From: Asterias rubens | Lineage: Eukaryota | Direction: 5' to 3' | Assembly: GCF_902459465.1 (NCBI RefSeq) | Contig: NC_047076.1 | Location: forward strand, 5,642,001-5,706,000 | Length of the DNA stretch: 64,000 bases | Shown: piece by piece, positions 1-12,100 of the stretch | Layout: each line of letters starts with the position of its first letter | Numbering within the stretch: the first letter of the stretch is position 1 | Program-made: the position numbers and the translations under genes | Notes under the pieces: model-generated | What the model was told of the DNA's origin: nothing | Databases searched by the model: none | The model's input: only the letters and a program-made list of their open reading frames with translations

Positions 1-1025
1 GCTTGATGTTGGAGTCCTTTGACCTGATAAATCTGCATCATTTGAGGCATTACTTCATTCTTTGGTTATAGAGACTCTGAGTATATTGTGAAGTAAATCA
101 ATATTTAAAAATCAAAATTTGGGGTGGGTGGGTGGGTCAAAACAATTACGTTTTTTTTTTCTTTTTCACATTGACTATTGAATGGCTCCTAAATCAGCCA
201 TCAAAGCTTTTGTAATTGACATAGCTAAAGCTAAGCTACCCTTTGATAAGAAAATACAATGAGAAAAGTCTACAACTTGCTCTTTTTTGAAATTTATCTT
301 AAATTGGATGATGATTTCCAAACTTCTTTGACTCACCCGTCAGTCTGTCATCATCAGCGTCTGTCTTCATTGTTCCCATGAATCAAGATCTTGACAAAAG
401 ACGCTCTTTCAATTAACTTTGCCAGCTACAATGCATGCACTCTTTAAGAAACCGAGTAGCCGATACCGAATGGATTAACTCTAACATGTTATTTTTTACA
501 AAGAAGTGAAAACCTTGGAGTGGCCAATACCAAATAGATGTTCCTAACATGTTATTTTTTACAAAGAAGTGAAAACCTAAGAGTGGCCGATAACGAATAG
601 ATGAACCCTAACACTTAACATTTTTTAAGCAGAAACTCTCTTGAGTGTTGCTTACTTTACAATTGCACAAAGTGAAGGCTTTACTAGTGTCTTTTCCCCG
701 AAACCTACAAATAGGGTTAGACACCTTATGTTCCAACACACCTACGTTGCGACACACCCCTATGTTCCGACACACGGCACTTCTAGTGTGTTTTCCTATT
801 CCTAACCCTAACCTAGCGTGTAAATCACGAGTGGGTTGTCAGAACATAGGGGTGTCTGAATATTGAGCAGGCACCACAAAAAAAGCTATAATAACAGTAA
901 ACAACTCAAAATACAAAATAGGTTCACAAAAAAGCTATAATAACAGTAACAATTCAAAATACAAAATAGGTTCAACAAACAAGTCTAAATTTCAAGCAAC
1001 ATATAAGAAAACTTGAAGCTGGGAA

Positions 1026-1279
1026 GTCAGGTTGGCACAGTGGTGTCTTGCCTCGCCTTCCACTCCTGGGGACCCCGGTTCGAATCCTACCGGGGGGGGG
1101 GGCACTATGTGGATTGGGTTTTTCAGTTGCTAGGTACCTGACTTTGTGGGTTTCCCTAGAACAATTCTTTGGGGTTTTCCTCCCACTTATAAAACTGAAA
1201 TTTCTTCAAGTTGTCTTCTCACCTTGTCTAGATGCTAAAAAGGCTTTGACAAGAATTATCATAGATGTAGATGTAGATT
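1026..1279 (+). mobile_element. tRNA-derived SINE
   Basis: A-box-like TGGCACAGTGG, B-box GGTTCGAATCC, a non-tRNA body and a (GATGTA)n tail. Confidence 0.65.
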
Positions 1280-1298
1280 ACACACTGTAAACATCTTG

Positions 1299-1489
1299 TA
1301 TTGACCCAATTCACCTGACATATCATCAGAATAATCTTGGATGCTCCATTTTGGTGGTCAATGTCACAGTGCGTTATTCAGTGAAGTGCGCATTTAAGGG
1401 GACACAGCGTTAACACGTAAACCTTTTGCCCACCAGCATGGTGAGCGTGGCACAGACACCGCGAGCGACGTGCATGCAAGGGGTCAATA
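1299..1489. mobile_element. MITE with TATTGACCC termini (second copy, reversed, at 5775-5967)
   Basis: Terminal inverted repeats TATTGACCC/GGGTCAATA. The body is the reverse complement of 5775-5967. Confidence 0.75.
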
Positions 1490-1511
1490 GAGAAAATGGG
1501 AATCTCTTTAC

Positions 1512-2914
1512 CTTTCAGCTCGTTTTGTGTGAGATGCTCAGCAACCCAAAGTGGGATCTTCTTGGCCTGGTCGTAGGATAAGGCATGGTTGCTATAGTAG
1601 CGGACATCAGGGCCTTTGTCGGGCACTCCATACTTCAAAAGGTCTTTGAGTTTGACGTCTTTGAGCTTCTGTGGTGCCCCTGATTAGAAAAAGAAGAAAG
1701 GTTATCATTTCAATGACATGTCAACCCGCTTTCAACGATTTCTTTACAATTTTTAGCATCTTAATTGGCCATTTCAGTCAATTCTATCGAAAGACGCAGG
1801 TGGGTGGGGGGAGGGGGGCACAAGCTAGGAACCAAAGCATGGTAACTCACATTGTCACATTGTTTACAATCATAGCATTTGTAACAAGGCGCACATGATG
1901 GGCTAACACTTTAAGTTATGTAACAGTACATCGTCATTTGAAGAACCAAACGATGACCCTACCTTTGCCTTTTTGGGGCACACTATATTTTAAGTTAAAG
2001 TCTCAGTAATTGACCTTGGGCTCTGTTCTGTAACAATTTTACATTTGCCTCCTCGTACGATGACCCTACTTGTGCCTCTTTGGGCACACTATATTTTAAT
2101 TTAGTCCCAGTAACTGACCTGGGGCTCTGCAGTAACAATTTTACATTTGCCTTCTAGTACTATAGTAAACTGCGAAGGTGCAATGTCAACATTTTTAACA
2201 ATGAGGGGCGGTGGTGGGTTACATGGGTTTTTTTTAAGCATAGTTTTTTAACTCTTAAGGTATACTTTTAAGAAGAAAAGTTAAAAACAAAATACACAAA
2301 AAACACATGTCATTTTAATGTTCTTTACCAATTATTCATGGTTTTGTATTGTGTTTTTTTGTATAGTTTTGCAGAATAAAAATCAAATCCTCTCCGTCCG
2401 TGGACTAGCATGGACTGGAGGATTTGTTTGTGTTTTTTTAATTTTATTTTGAAGAATAAATTAATTCAAAATCAAATCCATGGTTGAAGTAAAGTAAAAG
2501 TGGGCCTGGGCCGAATTTATGGCCTAGCACTGACTGACGTCCTACCAGGGCTAATTTATGGCCATGCCCATCTGCCCGTGGGCCTTGTGTGTATGGTGAC
2601 AGCATGGAGGAATAAGTGCGAATTATCATGAATTTGTCTGGCTCTCACTCTGTGCATGGATATGGATTCAGAGGAAGAATTCTGTGTGTGTGTGTGTGTG
2701 ATTTGTGACTGTCTGTGCGAGCCAGTCAGCTAAACGAGTTTGACAAACTCTGCAATTTAGTCGTCAATTCATCAAGACAAAAAATAACAATAAGGTCCTT
2801 ACCTTCTTTCTTATACTCAGGCTCAGGTTTAACAACATAAGCAAAAATACTGTACAATGCAAAAGATGTCGCTGCACCAGTGGCGAAACCTCCACTGAAT
2901 AATCTTGCCGCCAT
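1512..2914 (-). CDS. EXOG: Mitochondrial endo/exonuclease EXOG (EndoG-like), N-terminal two exons; the remainder presumably lies left of the window
   Basis: Exon 1 is 2803-2914 (MAARLFSGGFATGAATSFALYSIF..., leader/TM-like, donor GTAAGG). Exon 2 is 1512-1679 (acceptor ctaatcag, donor GTAAAG), phase 1/1. The peptide YYSNHALSYDQAKKIPLWVAEHL matches recalled human EXOG CYTNHALSYDQAKRVPRWVLEHI. Confidence 0.9.
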
Positions 2915-3240
2915 TTTGAAGCGGTTCGTTTGGAATTTTGGGTTGTGAACTTGTTACTTGTGTCTCCCCAGCCGCCCAGCGGCTTGCACAGTGAACTTCT
3001 CTCTCCAAACTGTTTGATGACAAAACCGATGACAATGCATCCAGAGACAACTTAAACTTCTATTTATCTTTAGTCTTTTATCGCCAATTGTTGGAAATTG
3101 TCAAACCTGTTTTCACGTGCTAGCTAGTTGTTGCAGACGACAATGCAGCATGCCTCTCTGTTTTTTGTCAACTGGGAATTCTGGGTAGGGCATTGACAAC
3201 TATTGATCACATGAGGGCGCTAACCATTAACAAGCTACAA

Positions 3241-3516
3241 GGGCCCAATTTCATATTCATAGAGCTGCTAAGAAAAAGAGAAAAAAAATTGCTTAGCATG
3301 AAATGTTTTCCTCTATAAAAAAGGATTAGCAACCAAATTTCCATTTGTTGCATATTGCTTGTTACTGGTATTCAGCTGTTGTTTGCTTATCCTGAACATC
3401 ACGGGAAAATTTGGTTTAGGGTAGCCCCGGCTAGCTGTGGGCAATCCTTTTTTCTAGGCAAACTTTTCATGCTAAGCAAATTGTTGTGAGGCCTAGCAGA
3501 TCTATGAAATTGGGCC
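3241..3516. mobile_element. MITE family with GGGCCCAATTTCAT termini (representative copy)
   Basis: Ends GGGCCCAATTTCAT...ATGAAATTGGGCC. Further whole or partial copies lie near 14380-14483, 19425-19616, 20954-21153, 27270-27920, 34426-34680, 35447-35655, 40040-40112, 48062-48301, 50950-51227 and 57670-57820. Confidence 0.8.
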
Positions 3517-5240
3517 AAGATTTGCGCCATCCTTCTTCCACCACTAAATAAACTCCCAGTAACCAAAACTAAAAAAGGCTCATGTCAAAACCAAACATAT
3601 TTCAAATCATTCCATCGTCATTCACTACAACAAATCAGATCTATTTTCAACACAAAATTTTATTTAGACAATAGTTTTATTTCAAGATTATTGATCATTT
3701 TAAACAAAGATAAAGTTTGAAAGGAGCATAAAGCAAAAACTATATTCATTTATATATATAGTTTAATACTAGACCCCCTATTGACGTCAAAAGCCCAAAC
3801 TTGAGGTCAAGTGAAGAGGCTGTAATTGCAGCTCATACTAGTTAGCCTGAACATCTGACGTCACAAGCCTTGGTCAATCCTCGTCAATCTTCACCTTTCA
3901 CCTACTTTCAATTCGAATTCATTGAGATACACAGTCAAATCCTACATAACAACATTTTATGTATTTTACACGTGCACTGCACTGAATGCAGACTACCGAA
4001 AATTTACTTTCCATGTCTGTGTTTTAATTGGTCCGAGGTGATGTTTGTCATCAGCTACACCCATCACCTTGGACCATGTCAATTCAATAAACAGATGTCT
4101 GGAAAGCTTACGTCACTGCCCGTTTTACCAAGACGATCTAACGCTCGATATTGGATAGTGTACCACGCGCAGTTGTAAATCGCTAAAGCGCCCCCTCTTA
4201 CGGTATGATTTAATTTACCGGTGAGCTTGAAATCTAGACTATAACTGGCGAGCCAGACTACACAAACAAGTCAAAGGAGTGCGCGCTTTAGCGAATTACA
4301 ACTGAGCCCAGTGCACTATTCAATATCAAGCAATATCGTCTTGGGGCAAGACTACCAGACAATGAAATCATTGTTTTGGAAATAAAATCACTGGTTCTGC
4401 GAAGCAATCTTTATCCTCCATTTAGATTAAAAATTTCTTTTTCAAAAATACACAGATGATGTCTGATTACTTGGAATGGTAATCATTTCAGTTAGGAAGA
4501 TAATACAACAAGAATATACAATGGATAGTTTGTATTTATCATATAAATCTAGAGAAGACAAGACCGTGTTATATATTTTGTACATCCCTGCACTGAGCTC
4601 CCTCTATGGTTGTACATTCCAGTCACTTCTAAAATATTTTTTTTCTAAAATATTAAACTATTCAACAATCACCGTATCTAAATAATATCTTCAGAAGTTA
4701 TACTTGAGATCCTGCTTTTATTAACAAAGTTACATGATTTTTACACAATGTAATTTTAGAAATTACTATATAATTAAATTTTTAAGGAACAAAATATAAT
4801 TGCACAATATCTTGAATACTGCTCATTTCTTTATGGAAAATGAACTTCAAATTCTTAGCATTATTTATTGTTTTTGGAAAACAACAGATTTTACAAACTC
4901 TAATTTTGATTAAAAAGTATGACTTTTATAGTTATTGTAATTTCGTTTGCAACGCACATAGTCAAACTGTTAATTTCCCCCATACTACCAGAAGCTTCCA
5001 AACCCACTTGCTGCAACTATGCATTGACTTTTTATATGTTATTTAAACCTATGAATCAGCAAAACAAAATCTTAAAATGTTCCTTTAAAGCAGAGCAAGA
5101 AACCAGTGCGCACAGGGTAATAATGGTGTTTTGGCTGGTAACCTTATTTCTGGTAAGCGTACAGTTTTTGTGCTAAGCTCCTTCTTGTAAGTACCAGCTG
5201 TTGACTTGCTCCATGGAACTTCACTTAGTTCCTTTGTAGA

Positions 5241-5577
5241 GTGTCGCAGCCGAGTGGTTTTAAGAGCATCAAATTCAAGTTCTGATGCTCACCGGAGTGT
5301 GGGTTCGAATTCCGATCCAATTCCGATCGTGACACTTGTGTCCTTGAGCAAGATACTTTACTATAATTGCTTTTCTTCACACAGGGGTGTATAAATGGGT
5401 ACCTGCGAGGGTAGAGGTTGATATTGTGAATGAAAAAGCCTTCTGAGCGCCACTGCAGCTCGGGGCTGAGAAAGATTAAAGGGATGTTATTGGCCCAATG
5501 ACCAGGGGACTAATGTAAAGCGCATTGATATGGTTTACTGTGAAATGCACTGTATAGGAATTTATTATTATTATTAC
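5241..5577 (+). mobile_element. tRNA-headed SINE with CORE-like middle and L2-like tail
   Basis: A/B boxes (AGCCGAGTGG, GGTTCGAATTCC), GTGTCCTTGAGCAAG...GTATAAATGGGTACC, and tail GTAAAGCGCATTGA...(ATT)n. Other copies lie at about 8236-8580, 28327-28690, 29160-29315, 56680-56850, 60662-60970 and 61830-61930. Confidence 0.8.
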
Positions 5578-5774
5578 TTACACAGCTAGTGCTGGTGCAG
5601 AAATTTGGTATTAACCATAAGTTTAGAATGGTGATCGATCATAATAATAAGGTTCCGCAGTATAAGCAGAGAAATAAAAATTGACCTATGAAATAATCTT
5701 GAAAGAAATGCTGATGTTTTGGGAAGAACAAGTTGAAATAACCTGTTCATCGATTAATACCACACACCAGCCTC

Positions 5775-5967
5775 TATTGACCCCTTGCACGCGCATCACA
5801 CGCGGCAACAGAAGCTACGCTCACCATGTTGGTGGTCAATAGGTTTCTGTGTAAACGCCGCATCGCCTAAAATGCGCACTTCACTGAATAACACATGTTG
5901 ACATTGACCACCAAAATGACGCATCCAAGATTATTCTGATGACGACGTCAGGTGAATTGGGTCAATA
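5775..5967. mobile_element. MITE with TATTGACCC termini, about 220 bp downstream of the AVL9 stop
   Basis: Same family as 1299-1489, with shared CACTTCACTGAATAAC and CATCCAAGATTATTCTGATGA. Confidence 0.75.
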
Positions 5968-6190
5968 ATAAAATCTCCATTGCTTCAAGTGTTAACCAGT
6001 TCACTTTGGAGGACACAATATTTTGGAGACAACTTAAAATTTGCATAGCAGAATATAATTATTGCAATTAAAAATGAAAACGAAAAACATTGGCTGGCAA
6101 GTTCATAACGTTCGTTGTTTCTCAAAAATTTTCTACCATTAGCAACTGTATTTTTTTAGAAGATCTGAGATGAGGCTTAGCTGTAGATGA

Positions 6191-9100
6191 CTAATCCTGA
6201 TCCTCTTCATAATCCGCATCGTCGTCTGCATCCTTCCACTCCGACGCCAGACCGGATATCCACGCCGACACGGCCGACTTGGCGCTACTCAGAGCGCCAC
6301 CAACCGCCTTGCCCGTGTGCAACATGGCTACGCTGGTGCGATTCAGGGCACTGTTTAGTTTCTTTCCTCTGTCCGTCGTTTGCATAGCACTGTAAAAGTA
6401 ATGGACAGACTTTGGTCAATGCTACTGTAAAGACTAGCAGTTAAGATGAAGACGAAGTGTGTGTTCGTAATCAGAGAAACTTCTGAAGACTGCAAGAAAA
6501 AAAAAGAAAAAAAAGATCTCCGTATGGAAATTCTTAAGACTGGGGCCGGCTGTTCCATAAGAAACACTGTGTCCAATTTCTATGGGGGAATGGAGAGATA
6601 AAGTAAAGAACAATAACATTATTATTGGGTTTTATCCATACGCTGATGTGTGTAGAGCACTATACTCAGTACTTATCCGAGTCCTGTGAAAAAGAGGCAT
6701 AAACTCGGTTGGGATTTAAGCCGATGACCTTTGCCATTCTCGAGCAGATGTCTTGCCGATTAGACCACCGAGATTGCCCGGTAGCTAGAGGCAGTTTGAA
6801 CTAGGAAGGTAGCGAGTATTAAGGGCTTTACACACATCGGTGTCAGGGTAAAACCAAAGAGTATAAGTTATCACACAAGCGCGAGTAGAATACGGAAAAA
6901 TATGGCGCTGCTGCGTCCCATATCCAACGAGGCTGAAGGCCGAGTTGGATATGGGACGCAGGCGCGCTATATTTTCCGTATTTCCACGAGCGCGCATGTG
7001 ATAACGTATTTATCTTCAAGCAAACTTGGGGCGTGACATAGAACAGACAAGATGCAGGTAGTGATATTAGCCGTGCATTATTATACACATAATGAATGTT
7101 TATGAGTGCAATGGTGCGAATATGTTCATGAGTTGAAAGATGGAATGTTCTATTCAACGAGGCGGAGCCGAGTTGAATGGAACATTCCAGCTTTCAACGA
7201 ATGAACATATTCGCACCATTGCACGAATGAAAAACATTCATTATTTGTTTTATATAACATCCAAGTAGAACTTTGTCATTTTGATTGAAAGAAACAACTT
7301 TCAAAACAAACAATTTCAACTGTAGAAGCCGAATGCTAGTAATTTTACTATGCCTTCTTGCAGTAACACCTGCTGCGTTACCAAAGACACGCGCACGCAG
7401 TGATGTTTTTACTCAGCTTTTTCGTTCCATCCGAAAAGTACCATTGCACGCTGGCAGCGTGCAATGGTACTTTTCGGATGGAACGAAAAAGCACGGCGAG
7501 TGACTCAGCGTGCAATGGTACTTTTATTTGCTATCACGTGACGGACAATCCTCCAATCAAATGGCAAGGATCTGCTTGGGTGTTATATAAAGGTTTTTAT
7601 CACCACTCCATTCTGCGAATCTGATTGGAGGATTAGGGCGTACTTGAAGATAATACTCTTATCCCCCGATGTAAACTTAACATATTTACAAAAGAACCCA
7701 GTACACTTATCATAAGGAGAAGGGGTTCAACCCACTGTTCCTGGTTTGATTGGCAGCATATTGCGCCACCACACCTTGTAATCCATTACATGGTGCTATA
7801 CAGGATGAGGTCTCATGCTCCATATAGACCAACCCGACACGCACCGGGCGCCATAGTGTTGAGTACCGGGCGCGCAAGTGTTGAGCACCGCGCGCCATTT
7901 GCTGTGGTGTCTTCAATGCCTAGATTGTGCACAAAAAGACACCGCAGTTGGTAACTTTCAATAGAGGGCGCTACCAATTTTGTTTTGTCGGATTGGTCTA
8001 TACCAAGTAGGAAAAAAATAGTGATGAAGCACTATGTAAGAACCCGGCCATATTTTTATTAGTGACATTTTGAAGAAACTTATTAGGGGAGGGGAGATGG
8101 TGAAGAGTCAATTATATTTACCTTTGAAGCCTGATCTTCATGTCGTTCATACCAAGCTGTCCTTGGAAAGGGTGGCTGTAATGTCAGGGATAAAAACAAA
8201 ATACAAAATTTGAAATTGTTCAAAAATCATATACAGGTGTCATGGCCGAGTGGTTTAAAGCACTGACTTCAAGTTCTGGTGGCTAGGTCATAGGCCTAAG
8301 GGTGTGTGTTTGAAATGGTCATGACACTTGTCGCCTTGAGCAAGATGCTCTAGTATAATTGCTCATCTTCATCCATGGGTATAAAAGGGTATCTGTGATG
8401 TTAAAGGATGATATTGTGTTTGAAAAAACCTTCGGAGCGCAACGGCAGCCCGGGGCTGTATACTCCCCAGGGAACTGAGAAAAGATTATTAAAGGAATGT
8501 TATTGGCCCAATGACCAGGGCACTAATGTGAAGCGCATTGATACATTATTGTAAGATGTGCTTTACAATATGTAGTTATTGTTTTTACTGATATAATGTG
8601 CCACATTAAAGGTAGAGTCATATATTGGTTTTTGTCATAAAATGCTTATTTACAGGCAAAATTATAAAGAAAGATATTATAAATGCAGAGATACGCTGTT
8701 TTGCACGGATAATTTTCATGCGGTATACGTTTTTGAACAATTGAAATACAATGTTTTTGCACAATCGATGTAAAATGATGTATACCCAGCATGAATGAAG
8801 TCAATTCCAGGGTGCTCCTTGCTCATCCAGATTCTGTAGTTATGCGTCGTCTTCCAGGCGCTCACAAAACTGTCGTTGAAATCGCTCATACTTCTCTCGT
8901 GCTCTGTAAAACACAACATTTGTAAAAACGAAAATCAATCAACGAAACTTTGACAAAAAAAGTGTTATATCATCTGCATTCTATGAAAATGTTAGAGATT
9001 TGGAGAAAAGAAACCTGAGTTAAACTTTGAGGCGCCAGCACAATTTGCTATAAAGTGTGCTGTAAAGTGTAACAGCCAAACTGTTGTACTCTTGTTAAAG

Positions 9101-12100
9101 GCAGTGGACACTATTGGTAATTACTCAAAATAATTATTAGCATAAAAACCTTTCTTGGTAGCGAGTAATGGGGAGAGGTTGATGGTATAAAACATTGTGA
9201 GATACGGCTCCCTCTGAAGTGACATAGTTTTCGAGAAAGAAGTAATTTTCCACTAATTTGATTTCGAGACCTCAGATTTAGAACTTGAGGTATAGAAATC
9301 AACCATCTAAACTCACACAAATTCGTATGACAAGGGTGTTTTTTCTTTCATTATTATCTCGTAACTTCAACGACCGATTGAGCTAAAATTTTTACAGGTT
9401 TTTTTATGATGCATATGTTGAGATACACCAACTGTGAAGGCTAGTCTTTGACAGAGATCCGGGTACTTAAACATCTTCTTTTTTTTTTAGCATTAGTGCG
9501 GAATGCTATTAACAAAACAAACAAATCGTAGCCACTGAACAACGCCGTGTGTGCTGTATGCACACAGACATCACCGTGATGATGATACAGGAAACATGAC
9601 TTACTCTGATGCAGACCAGTGGAGAGTAGAGACAAGACATACACTTTGAACTGAGCTCGGATCCATTCATCACCTCCTTCCCAACCTAAAAGGATTAAAT
9701 AATTGTGACAGGTGTTAAACCAGCTAGGCCTCAATCATAGCATTCCTTTCAATTGATGACTTCTTTCAGGAACACAACAAAAAAAACATAGTAAACTCAA
9801 CTCTAACTTTGCAGCTACCCTTTTATACCCATTCATTTCAAGCTATAAATGAAAACCAATTGCAGTGAAGTGTTTTATAAGAGGGAGTGGGATTCGAACC
9901 CCGAGATTGTCGATTTAGCAACCACATCTTTCGTCTGCAAATACCCACTCAGCCTTAAACCCCCAAAACCACCCCCATCTTCACCTGTGTTATCAAGATA
10001 CAAATCTTGGCTCTTTTCCGACACATGCTTGATCAAGAAGTCAGCGAATCTTAAATCCGCTGTAGAGAGACTCAACTCCTTGCGAAGCTCGCTGTCAAAA
10101 ACGAGGACTTTACCGTCCTCCACCTGGCAAAACGTGAAAAGATATAAAACGGGTATTCACATCAGTATTTTTACATGGAACAACTTCAGGTTACTTCTTA
10201 GTTTTACTTATTAGCAAAAACTGCTTGAGCAGCTCTATAAAATTGGGCCCTAGTTTGGTATGAATGAGAATTAGAAGCACTGATTATAGCATTACCTCTA
10301 CTAGGACATCTATAAGATGCCTGCGTTGTTTGAAGAGCATGTTGGATGCACCGATGAGAAAACATCGTACGTTGACATCTTGAAGTAGATCGTGCTGCTG
10401 GAGAGCCATGTATGGATGACACAAGGAACCCTGTGGGAGAAAGTCATCAAATGTAAATCCACTTCCAAGTTTTCCTCTTCCTTATTTTGAGACCAAGAGA
10501 TCTCAATTACATGTAAGTGTCTCAACGTCCTCGACCTACAACATGATCAAGCTGTCTGAGCTACCCAGGATCGACTCGGATGGCACGGACGAATTTTTAA
10601 CAATGAAAAAAACATCTTGAGCCGAGTTCGGCCCGAGTAGCGTCAACTGTATACAAGTGTCTCAAAGCTCTACATAAAACAGTGAAGACAAAGTTCCGGT
10701 TCATCAGATACCAGAGCCTTGAATGGCTGGGTGATAAAAATTTACTCGATAACAACCAATCTAGAGCTTTTGATAGTATAAACCATTGTGAGAAACGGCT
10801 CCCTCTGGAAAGTTGGTAATTTCTCGCTCAAATAATCAAAGACTTCAGGCCTGTGAAGCCTTTTATTAGGCACCTGAAAGCACAACAATTTGTGCAACAA
10901 GGGTATTTTTTTTCTCTTTCATATGCTCTTGCAATTTCAATGATCAATTGAGTCAAGATTTGCACAGGTTTGTTATTTCATGCATATGTTGGGATACACC
11001 AAGTGAGAATACTGTTCTTTGACAATAACCAGAGGTGTCCAGTGCCTTTAAAGGCAGTGGACACTATTGGTAATTGTCAAAGACCAGTCTTCTCACTTGG
11101 TGTATCCCAACATATGCATGAAATAACAAACCTGTGAAAATTTGAGCTCAATCGGTCATCGAAGTTACAAGATAATAATGAAAGAAAAAAACAGCCTTGT
11201 CACACGAAGTTGTGTGCTTTCTGATGCTTGATTTCGTGACCTCAAATTCGGAAACTTGAGGTCTCGAAATCAAATTCATGGAAAATTACTTCTTTCTCAA
11301 AAACTACGTCACTTCAGAGAGACCCATTTCTCACAATGTTTTATACTATCAACCTCTCCCCATTACCCATTACTAATTGAGGTTTTATGCTGATAATTAT
11401 TTTGAGTAAATACCAATAGTGTCCACTGCATTTAATTGAAGGAGGGGCTATCACATACCTTTCCGAATAGCGACAATGGAAAACCAAAATCATCTGCCTT
11501 AATGGTAGACACTGAGGGACAGTTGTGTAAAACGACAAAATCCTCCGCGCCGCTTAATCCCTGGCCCGTCTCTTTCTCGCAACATTCGTCTGACGGCACT
11601 TTCTTCTTCTTCTGATCCGGGGTCGTGTCCCTGGACAATGAACTCTGAATCCCCCTCGTTAATGGATCACTGAATACCCTATCATTCTCAGTTTGCTTTG
11701 GTTCCGTTTCCGTGGATGATGAGGTGCTATTCTTTTTCTCCGTTTGAGCTACGTTGTCCTCTTCCGTTTGACTCGGTTTTCTTCCCTCAAAGTACGGCCC
11801 GTACAACTCCTGATCGATCATCGCTAGAAGGTCTTCCTCAAGAGATTTCGTAGACCCTGGTGTGGTAGCCTCATCCTTTGACTCCCCACTCTTCGACCTG
11901 GCTCTTTGGCTGGCCGTCCTGTCCCTGCTACTACTCTTAACGTCCTCCGCATTTGTCAGATCGACATTCGTCGGATCACTTTGTTGAATAGATGATGTCG
12001 AGTTTCTCATCTCTGTGGATGATAATGAAGTTATAGAATCTGGGATTGCTGAGTCTCTGGTGAGGGTACTGTCCCCTGACCTTGTGCCGGGGGACTCCAA

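Noticed and set aside
338-424. Minus-strand AG...GTGAGT segment as possible EXOG exon 3
   Set aside because: It has stops in the required phase and no match to the expected DADRKHCKFKPDP-like peptide.
9111-9320. Similar ORFs (LNLRSRNQI...) here and at 37689-37871, 38733-38986 and 47484-47763
   Set aside because: These are translations of non-coding MITE copies, not a gene family.
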